In this document: positions 50,910 through 63,529 of the stretch, piece by piece
How the letters are laid out: every line of letters begins with the position of its first letter
Position numbering within the stretch: position 1 is the first letter of the stretch
Origin: Octopus bimaculoides
Taxonomy: Eukaryota
Direction: 5' to 3'
DNA length: 64,000 nucleotides
Assembly (NCBI RefSeq): GCF_001194135.2
Contig: NC_068982.1
Location: forward strand, 123,921,474-123,985,473
Made by a program: the position numbers and the translations under genes
Notes under the pieces: model-generated
Databases searched by the model: none
The model's input: only the letters and a program-made list of their open reading frames with translations
What the model was told of the DNA's origin: nothing

Positions 50910-53900
50910 TTGTGTAATGTTTATAAATACAGTTTTGTTTACTCCTAGAAATCTCCACTATATTACTACATTAACTTACCTTTGAAACGTTGCTTAAATC
51001 AACAATGTTATTTTTAAATATTCTTCAACATTAAATCTTTCATCTTGTTTCCAATGATTTTCCACAATTTTGCATTATTTTCAAACTAAACAACTGTAAT
51101 TGTAATTGTCTCTTTTTTTATTTTTATTTTTATTTTTATCAGTATTTTCTAAAATATATCAGAAGTTTTGTTAAAAACCTACAAAACAACTGAGCTTGTG
51201 TTTTTGCTTGAATTCTTTTCAAAATTATTTAGCTAACATTGTCTGCCAATAATTTCATACTCTAAAACACTGCTTCACACCAACAAAAATATCACCACTT
51301 TGATTCTGTTTTGATTGAGTGATCTCTTTCAGCTAAGTCCCAGAACTTTACCCAGTATTAGTTAACAGCATACATGTGGGAAAAGATGTACCATGGTTCT
51401 TTTCAGTGGCCATTATGTCTTTTTAAACAATCTCAGTCTTCAAAAGAAATTTTAAGTGTTTCTCTTTTACACAGTAAATTTTTTTTTTTCTCTTACTTGA
51501 TTCAGTCATTCGACTGCGGCCATGCCAGAGCACCACCTTTTAGTCAAGCAAATCGACCCCAGGACTTAGTCTTTGTAAGCCTAGTACTTATTCTATCAGT
51601 CTTTTTTGCCAAACTGCTAAGTTATGGGGACATAAACACACCAGCATCACATGTCAAGCAATGTTGGTGGTGGTGGGGGGAGGGGAAACACAGACACACA
51701 AACATACACATACACACATATATATACATATATACAATGGGCTTCTTTCAGTTTCCGTCTAGCAAATCCACTCACAAGGCTTTGATCGACCCGAGGCTAT
51801 AGTAGAAGACACTTGGCCAAGGTACTATGCAGTGGGACTGAACCTGGAACCATGTGGTTGGTAAGCAAGCTACTTACCACACAGCCACTCCTTTATTGAA
51901 ATATTTGATATATAGGTGCAGGAGTGACTGTGTGGTAAGTAGTTTGCTTACCAACCACATGGTTCCAGGTTCAGTCCCCACTGCATGGCACCTTGGACAA
52001 GTGTCTTTTACAAGACAGAAACTGAAAGAAGCCTGTTGTATGTGTGTGTATGGGTGGGTTTGTGTATGTGTGTGTATTTGTGCATCTGTGTTTGTCCCTC
52101 CCACCATCGCTTGACAACTGATGCCAGTGTGTTTACGTCCCCATAACTTAGTGGTTTGGCAAAAGAGAGACCTATAGAATAAGTACTAGGCTTACAAAGA
52201 ATAAGTCCTGGAGTCGGTTTGTTCGACTGAAGGCTGTGTTCCAGCATGGCCACAGTCAAATGACTGAAACAAATAAAATGATAAAAGAATATATTATTCA
52301 TTTGTTTCTTTTTTACGTCCATTTCCCCATGCTAATTGGACTGGATGAAGACTCATTGCAGCAGTATTTTATAGCTGGATGCTCTTCCTGTCCCCAAACC
52401 TTATCTGTTTTGCTAGTAAGGGATTTTTTTCTATTCCACTGATCTTCACAAGTTAAAAGCACAGAACCACAGAACATATTGTTTACAGAGAATGTAAATA
52501 ATATAACACCATTTTGTTCAGAGTCATGCGAAGACATGCAGAATGTAAACATTCACACACGTATACACACACACACACACACACACACTCATGCACCTAC
52601 CTTTATACACATGCATATACACATGCACACACACACACACACATGTACTTATGTATGTATGTATGTATGTACAAACAAAAGACTTCACCAAGGTACCACA
52701 GAGTAGGATAGAACCAAAAACCATTTGGTAATGAGGTGTACCCTGTATCCACACAGCCACACCTAAATATTATTAGAATATTAGAATAGAATAATATTTT
52801 AACTTATATTCAGATATTAAGTAATAGAATATTATTTCCTTACCATTTGTGATACCATTTTTACATAAATAAACAAAGCAGTTGTTGACAATTTTATGTC
52901 TTTCAGCATTATTACAACCAGTATTACCATTGTCATCATCATCATCATCATTATGGTGTGCATCAATTTTTGAGAATATCGTTCTTTATTTGATATAAGC
53001 ATTTTATTTATTTATTTATTTATTTTGCAAACCTCTGATAATATGAAAACATTTATATCACAAATTTTGTTTTAACACATCAAGATAACTTAAAGGAATA
53101 TTTATCCTACTCCTCCTCACCATCATCGTCGTCGTCGTCGTCATCATTTAACGTCCATTGTCCATGCTGATATGGGTTGGACAGTCTGACCAAACCTAGG
53201 GAGCTGCACCAGACTCCAGTCTGATTTGACATGGTTTCTACAACTAGATGCCTTTCGTAATTCCAACCACTTTACAGAGTGTGCTGGGTGCTTTAATTGG
53301 CACCAGCACAGGTGCTTTAATTGGCACCACACAGGGGCTTTTTACATGGCACTGCATGAGCACTTTTATATGGCACCGTATGGGCGCTTTTACATGGAAT
53401 CACCACAAATGCTTTACACCACCAGCAGGATTAGTCTTAACACTTCTCTTGCGAAGTACGGGTCTTCATGAGTATGGCCAGGCGCCAGGTGTCTTGGTCT
53501 TTTGTCATCTCACCTCAAGGGTTCAATTTCTTGAGGTTGTTCTTCAGCACTTCATCCCATGTCATAGTTATTTATATCATTTTTGAGTACTACCCATTTT
53601 TTTAGAAATTTAAACACAACAAACTAGATCCACTCAAACAAAGCTGCCTCTACATGGTCACTCAATCTGCCAGAAATATTAGCCTTATTTCCCTCAGATT
53701 GTACCTAATTATCTTAAATGAGGAAAAGACGCATCAGATAATGCAGCTATAAACATACTGCTAATATGACAAGGTTGGATGGTTATGACTGGAAGGTTTT
53801 GATCATAAGTCATCTCAGCCAGGCTGCACTGGTGGTACTAAACAACAACAACAACAACAGCATCAGCAATAGCAACAACAACAACAAAAATCTAAATTTG

Positions 53901-55612
53901 ATTTTCTAACTAACTAAAATGTAGCATGTCTTATCTATTTTGTGATATTCTCTCTAAATGTCTGAAACATCTTTCTGAACTGAGAGTTTGGTATCCATCT
54001 CAATATTCAGAGCAATTTCAAACTCAACACACACTCAATAATTATTTCATCTTTGACATTAGTACCTCATATACTGATCTTTAAAGGCCAAGATAATCTC
54101 AGAAGAATTTATATTGCAGATCCATTTATTCTGAACTCGTTTCTGATAAATGTCACTGCCATGGGATTATGTTATCTTGTTCCAATATATCAAGTTCCAA
54201 TAGCTTTATCCTGTTTTAGTATATTAATATTTAATATTGGTTTCAAATGTTGGCACAAGGCTAGCAATTTCAGGGGAGGGGATAAGTCAATTACACTGAC
54301 CCCCAGTGTTCAGCTGGTATTTATTTTATCAACCTGAAAAGAATGAAAGGTAATGTCAACCTCGGCAGAATTTGAACTCAGAACATAAAAATAGAGGAAA
54401 TGCTGCTGTGCATTTTGCCCGGTGTGTTAATGATCCTGCCAGCTCACTGCCAATATTAAAGATTAATATTTAATATTCAAGACATATACATACCTGGAGG
54501 TGCAGGAGTGGCTGTGTGGTAAGTAGCTTGCCTACCAACTACATGGTTCCAGGTTCAGTCCCACTGCATGGCACCTTGGGTAAGTGTCTTTTCCAATAGC
54601 CTCAGGGCAACCAAAGCGTTGTGAGTGGATTTGGTAGACAGAAACTGAAAGAAGCACATATATATGTATATATATGTGTGTGTGTGTGTGTACGTTTGTG
54701 TGTCTCCCCACCATTGCTTGACAACCGATTCTGGTGTGCTTACGTCCCCATAACTTAGCAGTTTGGCAAAAGGGACAAATACAATAAGTACTAGGCTTAC
54801 AAAGAATAAGTCCTGGGGTTGAGTTGTTCGACTAGAAGTGGTGTTCCAGCATGGCCGCACCACAGTCAAATGACTGAATCAAGTAAAAGAATAAAAGAAT
54901 GCCTACTTACATATAAAAAGGAACATTAACACATTCATACAGTTGCTTTAATCATAAAACAATCTTAATATATGTATCTGTGTATTCTAAAATATTTATG
55001 TCAAGACATATTTAATGTATCATCGTCACCATCTTCATCCCCTTCATCCCTATCATCATTTTAATGTCCACTTTTCCATGCTTGCATGGGTCTGCTAGAG
55101 TTTAATGAGGCAGATTTCCTACAGCCAGATGCCCTTTCTATTGCCTACTTGTTTGTAAGAAAGGTAATATTTCCCTGTAGCCAGATATTTTCCCCAAAAT
55201 ATTGAAAATAAATGACACTGTTTGTTTGACAGTGACATCCATTTACAACTATCATACCATGTTGAGACAAGACAACACACACCCACACACATGTACACTC
55301 ACACACTTGCACAGTCACATACACACACACACACAATGGGTCTCTTTCAGTTTCTATTTACCAAATCCACTCAGAAGCTTTGAAAAAGAAAAGCAACATG
55401 GCAAATGATCTTAAGACATGGTCTCAGTTTAATACACATTTCTTTATCAGAGGTACTGGCATGGGTGCACAATTAAGAAACTTGCTTCAGAACCATGTGA
55501 TTTGAAGTTCAGTCCCATTGCATGGGACCTTTGGCAAGTATCTTCTACTTTAGCCCCAGGCCAACCAAAGCTTTGTGAATAAATTTGATAGACAGAAACT
55601 GAAAGAAGCCTG

Positions 55613-55652
<40 letters not shown>

Positions 55653-55784
55653 GTTTGTATGATTGTGTATAGAAGAATATATTAATCAATGAAATTCCAT
55701 CCTAGTCTGATTTTCACATTTCATTACTTACAATTTTTACAATTTTACATTATTATAATAATAGAATATTAGATATTTATTGTG

Positions 55785-55827
55785 ATAAAACTAGTACTTT
55801 CATGCATTACACAATCATCAGGTTTAT
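55785..55827 (-). ncRNA. Minimal type-I hammerhead ribozyme motif with canonical core
   Basis: Minus strand reads AUAAAC CUGAUGA UUGUGUAAUGCAU GAA AG-UA-CU A GUUUUAU: core intact, palindromic stem III AGUACU, CUA cleavage triplet, stem I AUAAAC/GUUU(U)AU. Confidence 0.65.
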
Positions 55828-55904
55828 GTAATAGTAGTGATATATATATATATATTAATCACTATTATTACATAAACCTGATGATTGTGTAATGCATGAA
55901 AGTA
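55795..55904. repeat. Near-perfect palindrome: 47-bp arms with one G-T pair and a 16-nt (TA)-rich loop
   Basis: 55795-55841 versus 55858-55904 compared base by base. Confidence 0.95.
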
Positions 55905-56260
55905 TCATCTGAACGTGTTTGCTGTCAAGCCCACCATACTGGCTCCTGTACCAGTGGCACATAAAAAGCACCAACTGATCGTGACCGATGCCAGTACCCC
56001 CTGACTGGTTCCTGTGCTGGTGGCATGTAAAAAGCACCATTTGAACGTGATCGTTGCCAGGTACACCTGACTGGCTCCTGTGCCAGTGGCACGTAAAAAG
56101 CACCCACTACACACTCGGAGTGGTTGGCATTAGGAAGGGCTTCCAGCTATAGAAACTCTACCAGACTAGATTGGAGTCTGGTGCAGCCGCTGGCTCTCCA
56201 GACCTCAGTCAAACCGTCCAACCCATGCCAGCATGAAAAACAGACGTTAATCGATGATGA

Positions 56261-56294
<34 letters not shown>

Positions 56295-57499
56295 GGAGAG
56301 AAAGAGAGAAATAGAAGGACGTGGGTGTGCATGTGTTTGCATCTCCTTCCTTTGACATCATGCAGTAGTTGCATGCAATAATCTTAAACAAGTGTCATAG
56401 TCATACAATCAGTGTTGTTTGTTTCTAATCTTCTGTAAAAACGTTCTGCTATAGGAAAATATCACCATGTTTGGAAACAAATGAGGGTTGGTGATAGGAA
56501 AGGCATCCAGCTATAGAAAATCTGTCTCAATAAACTCCATTTGACTCCTGCAAATATAGCAAGTGGAATTTAAGATAGTGATGATAAGGATGATGATGAT
56601 AATGGTGACGATGACAACTGTATACATCAAAAATAAAAAATAATAATGGATGTGTTGATGGTGCCACATAAAAAGCATTCAGTCCACACTGTAAAGTGGT
56701 TAGCATTTGTAAAAGCATCCAGATGTAAAAACCTTGCCAAAACTGACCTTGTCTGTGCTGGTACAACATAAAAGCACTCAGTTCACTCTGCAGGGTGGTT
56801 GATGTTAGGAAGGGCATCCAGCTGTAAAAATCATGCTAAAATTGGCAGTGAAGCCTGATACAGTCTTCTGCCTTGCCAGCTCCAGTCAAACTGTTCAACC
56901 CATGCCAGCATAGAAATCAGACGTTAAATGATGATGATGATGATGTATTGAAATATGAACCCACAAAGAACTTTGCTCTGCTGAACTTATTCTTGGAACA
57001 TTATTCGTGCTAATATTATTTCTTGACAATATCATTTCTCACGGTAGTTTACATACTGCAGTGAGAAAGCTCTAAATATATTTTGTGTAGTGGAAATCTT
57101 TCTGTTGTGAGCATTCAGATTATGTCTCTGCACAGAAAGTAATTTAATATCTATTGACATGCTGCTTCAACTGCAGCAATGCCAAAGTTGTAGTTTCTTC
57201 TTTTCTTTTGTTCTACCAATCGCTGATGTCATTTAAAGGTCATGGGTACTGTTTGTTTTTTATTCCTCCTATAACTAATCCATAACAAAATTTTAAAATT
57301 CACTCAAGGTAATCTTAGAAATGTGAATTTTAAAAATGAACTCAAAGAAGTTGGGTGCACATTTATTTATCTTTTTTTAATTTTTAATCTTTTAATCAGG
57401 AGAGAAAGGTAATGCACATGACCTTTTTCAGGATCCCTGATTGGTGGGAGGAAGGTATTCTCAAACAGAAGATCTGGTCCAAATGTATACTCTCTCCAC

Positions 57500-57905
57500 T
57501 AAAAGCACCCAAGGACCATGTACTTCCTTCCTTTCCAATGGCCCTTTGCACCCTGTGATGCAAAGGGCCATTGAGAACTTCTCTCTACTATTCTTGATTC
57601 TGGACTGTCGTTTCTACTTCTCCCCAGTTGGATCCCTGCTTCTTCAATTCTTGTTAGTTTTGAATTGCCATCAATACTTTTGTAACTTTTCATTTTTCTA
57701 TGTCAGGGTGTTAACCCTACACTAACCTATTTTTACCTGTGGGAGGAGGTGGTCTATATTAACCTGGCCTCTATCCTTTGACCTGTCCAGCATGGGCGGC
57801 CCTATTAGGAGCTTGTGTTCTGTTGGCATGGCTCTCAAGATCTTTGAAGTACAAAAGCCACCACATCACAACAACGGTTGGTCCTTGTGGTAGCAAGGAC
57901 CATGG
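57500..57905 (-). mobile_element. Bimodal RTE-derived non-autonomous element (5' leader joined to 3' end)
   Basis: The minus strand resembles an RTE leader (..GAGAGCCATGCC..CTCCTAATAGGGCCGCCCATGCTGGACAGGTCAAAGG..GGCCAG) followed by an ORF2-end-like segment and a terminal hairpin. Confidence 0.5.
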
Positions 57906-58366
57906 GTGGGGGATATTAAATGGAGGGATAGATTATTTTTCTTTGCATTTACATCAGGAATAAATTACTTCTTGGTACTTGAATTCATGGTACTTGATTT
58001 AATTCATGGTACTTAATTCTTGGTACTTGAATTCATGTTGAAATTCAGTCTCTTATTCCATAGTTGGAATCGATTGCCATTACTCAGAACTTTATACCTA
58101 TTTCAAGTACATTTCCCAATGTTTTAGGAAAGTTGACAAAGAATTTACCAATATATTCAATTTATTTATTCGATGTATTTATGATCAAATGAACAAAAGA
58201 GAATTCAGCACACTGCAAAAAGAAAAAAATCATCTAGCTATTTATGTAACACAATACAAAATACTGAAACAACATAATTATTTAAGTAATTTGACATTAA
58301 TTTTATTAACTAATTATATATGAATTTTTTTCTTAAAATGTTGCCCATTCTTCATATTTCTTTTAG

Positions 58367-58554
58367 TGCCTCCACAAATTTTATTTCCTCCTGAAAGTCA
58401 GGTAATTTCAGAAGCAAGGGATGTGATACTGTCTTGTACAGTTGATGGTGATCCTCCACCAAGAATTCTTTGGATGAAAAACAGCCAGCCTATAGAACTG
58501 AGCCACCGAATACAGGAATTTGGAAATGGAACCCTTATTATCTCAAATACAACT
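58367..58554 (+). CDS. HMCN1: Hemicentin-1-like exon, N-part of penultimate Ig domain (VPPQILFP...LSCTVDGDPPPRILW...IELSHRIQEFGNGTL...NTT)
   Basis: cttttag acceptor, ACT|gtgag donor; 188 nt, phase 1-0. IELSHRIQEFGNG resembles human IEISHRIRQLGNG (recalled). Confidence 0.92.
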
Positions 58555-60674
58555 GTGAGTAGTGGGGCTTTGTCTCTTTACATTTGTTACTAATCTTCAT
58601 GTGTACTCACATTGACACCATTTGGGCAGCAGTGATATTTTCCTATGTCCCACAGTTTGGTGGCTTTGTGTGTGAAGACCAATGGAGCAAAGTATCTTAT
58701 TCGGTATCAGAAAAAGCATTTAGCCATAGAATACTGCCTCAACAAATCTCATTCAACCAACCCCAGCAAGGAAAAAGTAAACATAAAAAGAATGGTGGTT
58801 GTGATGGTGGCAGTGGTGGTAGTTATAATGATTTAATATTTATTTTGATATGTGACAGAAAAGTTCCATAAGTTTCTTGTTAATATATTTCTTGATAACA
58901 AAATCTTAAGTCACTGAGTTAGTGAAGCAACCTTACTTAGTTCTAGTTAACTCACTACCATATAGTTTAGCTTCATCAAATCAACAGAGAAGCCCCTCTA
59001 TAGTTACTTGGCCTGCAAGAAATAGCAACCACACAACTACACCTCACTTAAATCACATCATACAATATTATATAACATCAATGTTCATTAAATTACATTA
59101 TTCTTACATGTCCCTAAAAACAAGGGATGATCATTTCTGTAATTCCTGACATAGCTATAAACCTTTGATTGAAGGTCTGCTCATTCAGGATTCACTCGGA
59201 ACCAAGTAATGACTTTATAAAACGTAAGAAACTACCATAAATGTTACCTCTAATTCTAGCTTTGAATTAATCAGATCAACTTTACTTATCATTTTTATGG
59301 AAGAGCCTCAATAAAAAAGGGTTGATAAAAAAGTACCAATCTAGTATAAGGGATTGGTGATACTGGAAGAACAGCATCTAAGTTCAAATCTTGTTATGGC
59401 CTTCCTGTGTGGTAACTTAATCCATCACTCAGTTTTAACATCTATCTCCTTAGGCATGGCAATGGGGTTAAGGAGCTTGCTTCCCAACCATGCAGTCATG
59501 GGTTCAGTTCCACTGTGTAGCATCTTGGGCAAGTGTTTTCAACTATAGCCCTGTGTTGACTAAAGCCTTGTAAGTAAATTTGGTAGATGGAAACTGAAAG
59601 AAGGCTGCCCGTTCTATAGATACATGTGTATTTGTGTATGTATGTGTGCATGGGTGTGATGTGTATGGATGTGAATTTTTTTGTGTGTACCTTTGTCTAG
59701 ACATCACGTGATGGTTGTAAAATGAGTATCATCATCCTACAAGTGATATCGTCGGTCTTCCATGAAAAAAAGTCTGGTTATGGGAAAATATGATGCTACT
59801 AGAAAACAGTGAGAGCTGGTGACAGGAAGGGCATTTAACCATTCAGTATCTCCCTCAACAAATTCCATCTGACTAATGCAAGCATGGAAAAGTGGACATA
59901 AAAATAAGGATGATGATGATGTCAGAAAAAAGGTGGGAGCATTAAACTGGTTACCTTGGGTACCTTTAATAGAATCCACCCTGTTGCAAGCATCAAGGAG
60001 AGATCTCTGGTTTAAGGATGCCTCCTTCCCTCTCTCTTCTCCCACCTGTCTTGGAGGCTCTGTAAAGGATCATAAGCTAAAAGAAAACGCAAAAACTTGC
60101 CTTATTAGCTTTAGTGCGCTGTCTAAGCAATAATCTTCATGTCCCAGTCACTCATTATAATATAAGGCAGACATAAAGCATTAATTAACTACCTATTGAT
60201 CACTCTGAGATTCTACTATATTCTTTGAATTGACTGCACTACATTCCCATGAATACCAACCAATAGAGATAATGGACCAGCAACTTTTAAGGAACTCAAA
60301 AGTTATGATCTTAACTTTGAATTAGTGCTTTGAAATACATGATTATCACCAACATGAATTTGTAAGAACTTTGTCATATATAAAACAAAAATAAATATTG
60401 CTAACTTCTTCTTTGTACTCCTCCATTTCAAATGTGTATTTCTAATCCCATCTCATGTTGTGATGGGATGGCTATTTCCCTTGCAATTAACAGACTTTGC
60501 CAGAAGGAACCATGTGTTTAAAGATTATTTTCCAGAAAAGTTGAATCTGTATAATTTTTGACTTCCAAATATATTTTATGTATAATATTTACAACATAAT
60601 AAGTAACTACTTTTTGGTTCATTTCAATTAATTTTAGTTAACAAAATAAATTTACAAACTCATTTTCTTTTCAG

Positions 60675-60756
60675 AGTTTAGATGCAGGAGAATACAAATG
60701 TGTAGCCACAAATGATGCCGGAAGTACAGAAAGAGTTGCAATATTGGATATTCAAA
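60675..60756 (+). CDS. HMCN1: Hemicentin-1-like exon, C-part of Ig domain (SLDAGEYKCVATNDAGSTERVAILDIQ); not in ORF track
   Basis: ttttcag acceptor, A|gtaaa donor; 82 nt, phase 0-1. Confidence 0.92.
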
Positions 60757-61501
60757 GTAAATTAATATTTTAAGCATTTACTATATATATGTGTGTCTTG
60801 GTTATATATATATATGACCAAGACATTTTTGCATTTAAATAATAATCTAAGACCAGTTTTAACATTTCTTACTTTTATCAACATTATAATTTTCTTTTAC
60901 TCGTTTGTTACCAAATTTCTGTTGAAATTCATTATCTCTGTTTCAATTCATTTGGACAATAATGTAGAATTTAGTAAAATAACTTTGTCTTTATTAACCT
61001 GTTGCCTGAAACAAATTATTGTGAAATTTAGATGGCAGATTTTAATTTAAATCACTTTAATCAGGAAGTTTGTAACATAGGATCAACTATTAGTTCTAAT
61101 GGGTTGGTATTAAAAGGGCATTCATACTTGTAAATATTTCCAATTACTTTTAAGTTTCTTTATGATTACTTGCAGTTTTTTTGTCTTACTTCACCTTTTT
61201 GTTTCCAGACTTTCCAATAAATCAAGTTTGTTATTTAATCCTCAATGTGATCTCACAATACCTGTTCTAAAATTCAAGGAAAATAATCACAATTCCTGAA
61301 ACTTCCATATGTCAGTAGTATGATTCTTACTAATAAAATTGATAAAACTTTATGAGAAACCTATAATTAAAGGAACTTTTAAACCTAGGATCAGTCATAG
61401 GAATTTAAATATTATAAAGATTATTAATCTATACATGCAAATTGCTGTGTGTTGTAATTACATTACAATTTTTTAAAATTTATATTTAAAACTGTTTATA
61501 G

Positions 61502-61673
61502 ATTCTCCAAAATTTAAACTGAAACCCAAAAATACCAAAGTTGACCAAGGAAACCAGGTTACACTGGATTGTGTTGCTGAAGGAAACCCAATTCCTGAAG
61601 TAACTTGGGTAAAATATTCTGTAGATATTTCCTCAGAAGAACGCTTTACTCAGCTACCAAACAATTCATTGAG
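61502..61673 (+). CDS. HMCN1: Hemicentin-1-like exon, N-part of last Ig domain (NSPKFKLKP...LDCVAEGNPIPEVTW...NNSLR); not in ORF track
   Basis: tttatag acceptor, AG|gtaaa donor; 172 nt, phase 1-2. Confidence 0.91.
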
Positions 61674-62201
61674 GTAAATTTTACAAACATTTGTTCTATT
61701 TTAATTCAAAACTGGCAAAATCGGGTTTTTTTTCTTTCCCTGTTTATGTTTTAAACAAAAATGCGTAAATAAAAAGAATACATATATAGCAGTGGTCCTC
61801 ACATTTTTATTCTCTCATATTGATATGGGAAGAACTGAGAACTAGAAACACTATGGAAACAAGATTAAGCTGCAGCTGCAGCCACAGTCATGACAGATGA
61901 AGTTTAATTCATATCCATATCTTATATATTTACACATTTTGTTTTACGAAAAAGTATAAGCATGCATTTAGTATTCAAATCAAATTTATTATTCAATTAC
62001 TTATAAATTTACTACAAAATTAATTTTAATAGGACTTAATTTTCTGAAAAGTGTTTGGAATATTTCCTTATATGCCATAAAAGCATAAATTACTCAGAAC
62101 TAGCATTTGTGACTTTCTTATAAAAAACACAACTTCTGTTTTCTACTTTGGAAATTATTTTGATGGACATATGTATGTATCGATGTGTGTGTATGCAAGA
62201 A

Positions 62202-62241
<40 letters not shown>

Positions 62242-62690
62242 GATGTGACCCCTTGCTTCAACATCACATGACACTTGATGAGTGTTGCCATCAAACAAGC
62301 AGTGCCATTTGCATCTAATCTTCTGTGGAAAAAATTATCTGACCATAGAAAAAATATTGCCTTCCTAGCAAATAGGTGATGGTTGGCAGCAGAAAGGGTA
62401 TTCAATTATAGAAAATTTGCCTCAACAAACTCTGTTCAATTCATACAAACAATGAAAAGTAGACATTAAAACGATGATGATGCTGATTGTTCTCCTAAAA
62501 GATAATTTTCCAGGTTCCTTTACTTCCTTGTAATGGTAAACTAAGGGAAATAGTTACATAGCAAGACTAATGATAATATTCCAGTACAGTGGAATACAAA
62601 TTCTTGTTTTATATATCCAGAATTTTTCATGTAATTCCCATGACAGAACTTTATACCCTTAGCTATTTAATATTTTTTTTTTTATCTTAG

Positions 62691-62788
62691 AATTGTGGGA
62701 GCCCAACTCACAGATTCTGGTCTGTATACATGTTCAATTAGAAATTTTCTTGGAGCAGAACATGCTCAGGCTACCCTAACAGTAGTTG
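62691..62788 (+). CDS. HMCN1: Hemicentin-1-like exon, C-part of last Ig domain (IVGAQLTDSGLYTCSIRNFLGAEHAQATLTVV); not in ORF track
   Basis: Long T tract + atcttag acceptor, G|gtgag donor; 98 nt, phase 2-1. Confidence 0.91.
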
Positions 62789-63060
62789 GTGAGAACTTTT
62801 ATCCATTTTAAACGTATTTTTTGTAAAAATTATATAGTTATATTGTATCAGTATTATTATGTCTACATGATTGAAATGCATTTTTTTATTATTTTTCATT
62901 AACTATTAGCTCTAATTTTTTAATTCTATATTTTTATTTTTATGTTTTATTTTTATTATATATTACATATATTAGGTATTAATTATTATATATTTATTGT
63001 ATTACATTTATTGAATTATATTTATTGTATTATGTTTATTCATCATCATCATTATTATTA

Positions 63061-63106
<46 letters not shown>

Positions 63107-63529
63107 ATATATATGTTATTTATTTTATTTCATTTATTTTAGTATATTATTTAACTTGTAAAAAAGCTTTTCAATATTGTGCCTACATTTGAAGCATTTC
63201 ACATATCAAGATCTTGGAGTAGAAAACCACTTATTTTGTTTTAACATGTATCTATATAGTTTTGACTATAATAGCCTCTAATTATTTCGTGGCTAATCAC
63301 TAGAATAATTGGAGTGTTGGATAAAATGCTTTATGGTATTTAGTTGTGGTCTTTTATATTCTAAGTTCAAATCTCACAGAAGTCAGGTTTGCTTTTCATC
63401 ATTCTGGGGTTGATAAAATAAAGTAACAGTCAAGTATTGAGGACAGTTTACTTTCCAATCATGTATCATAACTGTGGCTGGGATTATAAAAGAAGACTAA
63501 TGAGTCATTGCTGGATATATTTATTTTAG

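Larger units (their letters stand above)
16599..58366 (+). other. Giant intron (41,768 bp) of the hemicentin gene
   Basis: GT at 16599 and AG at 58365-58366; I found no Ig-coding sequence between them; the other 14 introns are 456-2120 bp. Confidence 0.8.

Noticed and set aside
58402-58554. Internal CAG|GTAATT in exon 58367 that would delete 51 codons in frame
   Set aside because: It would remove the first Cys and Trp of the Ig fold, and nothing in the sequence shows it is used.
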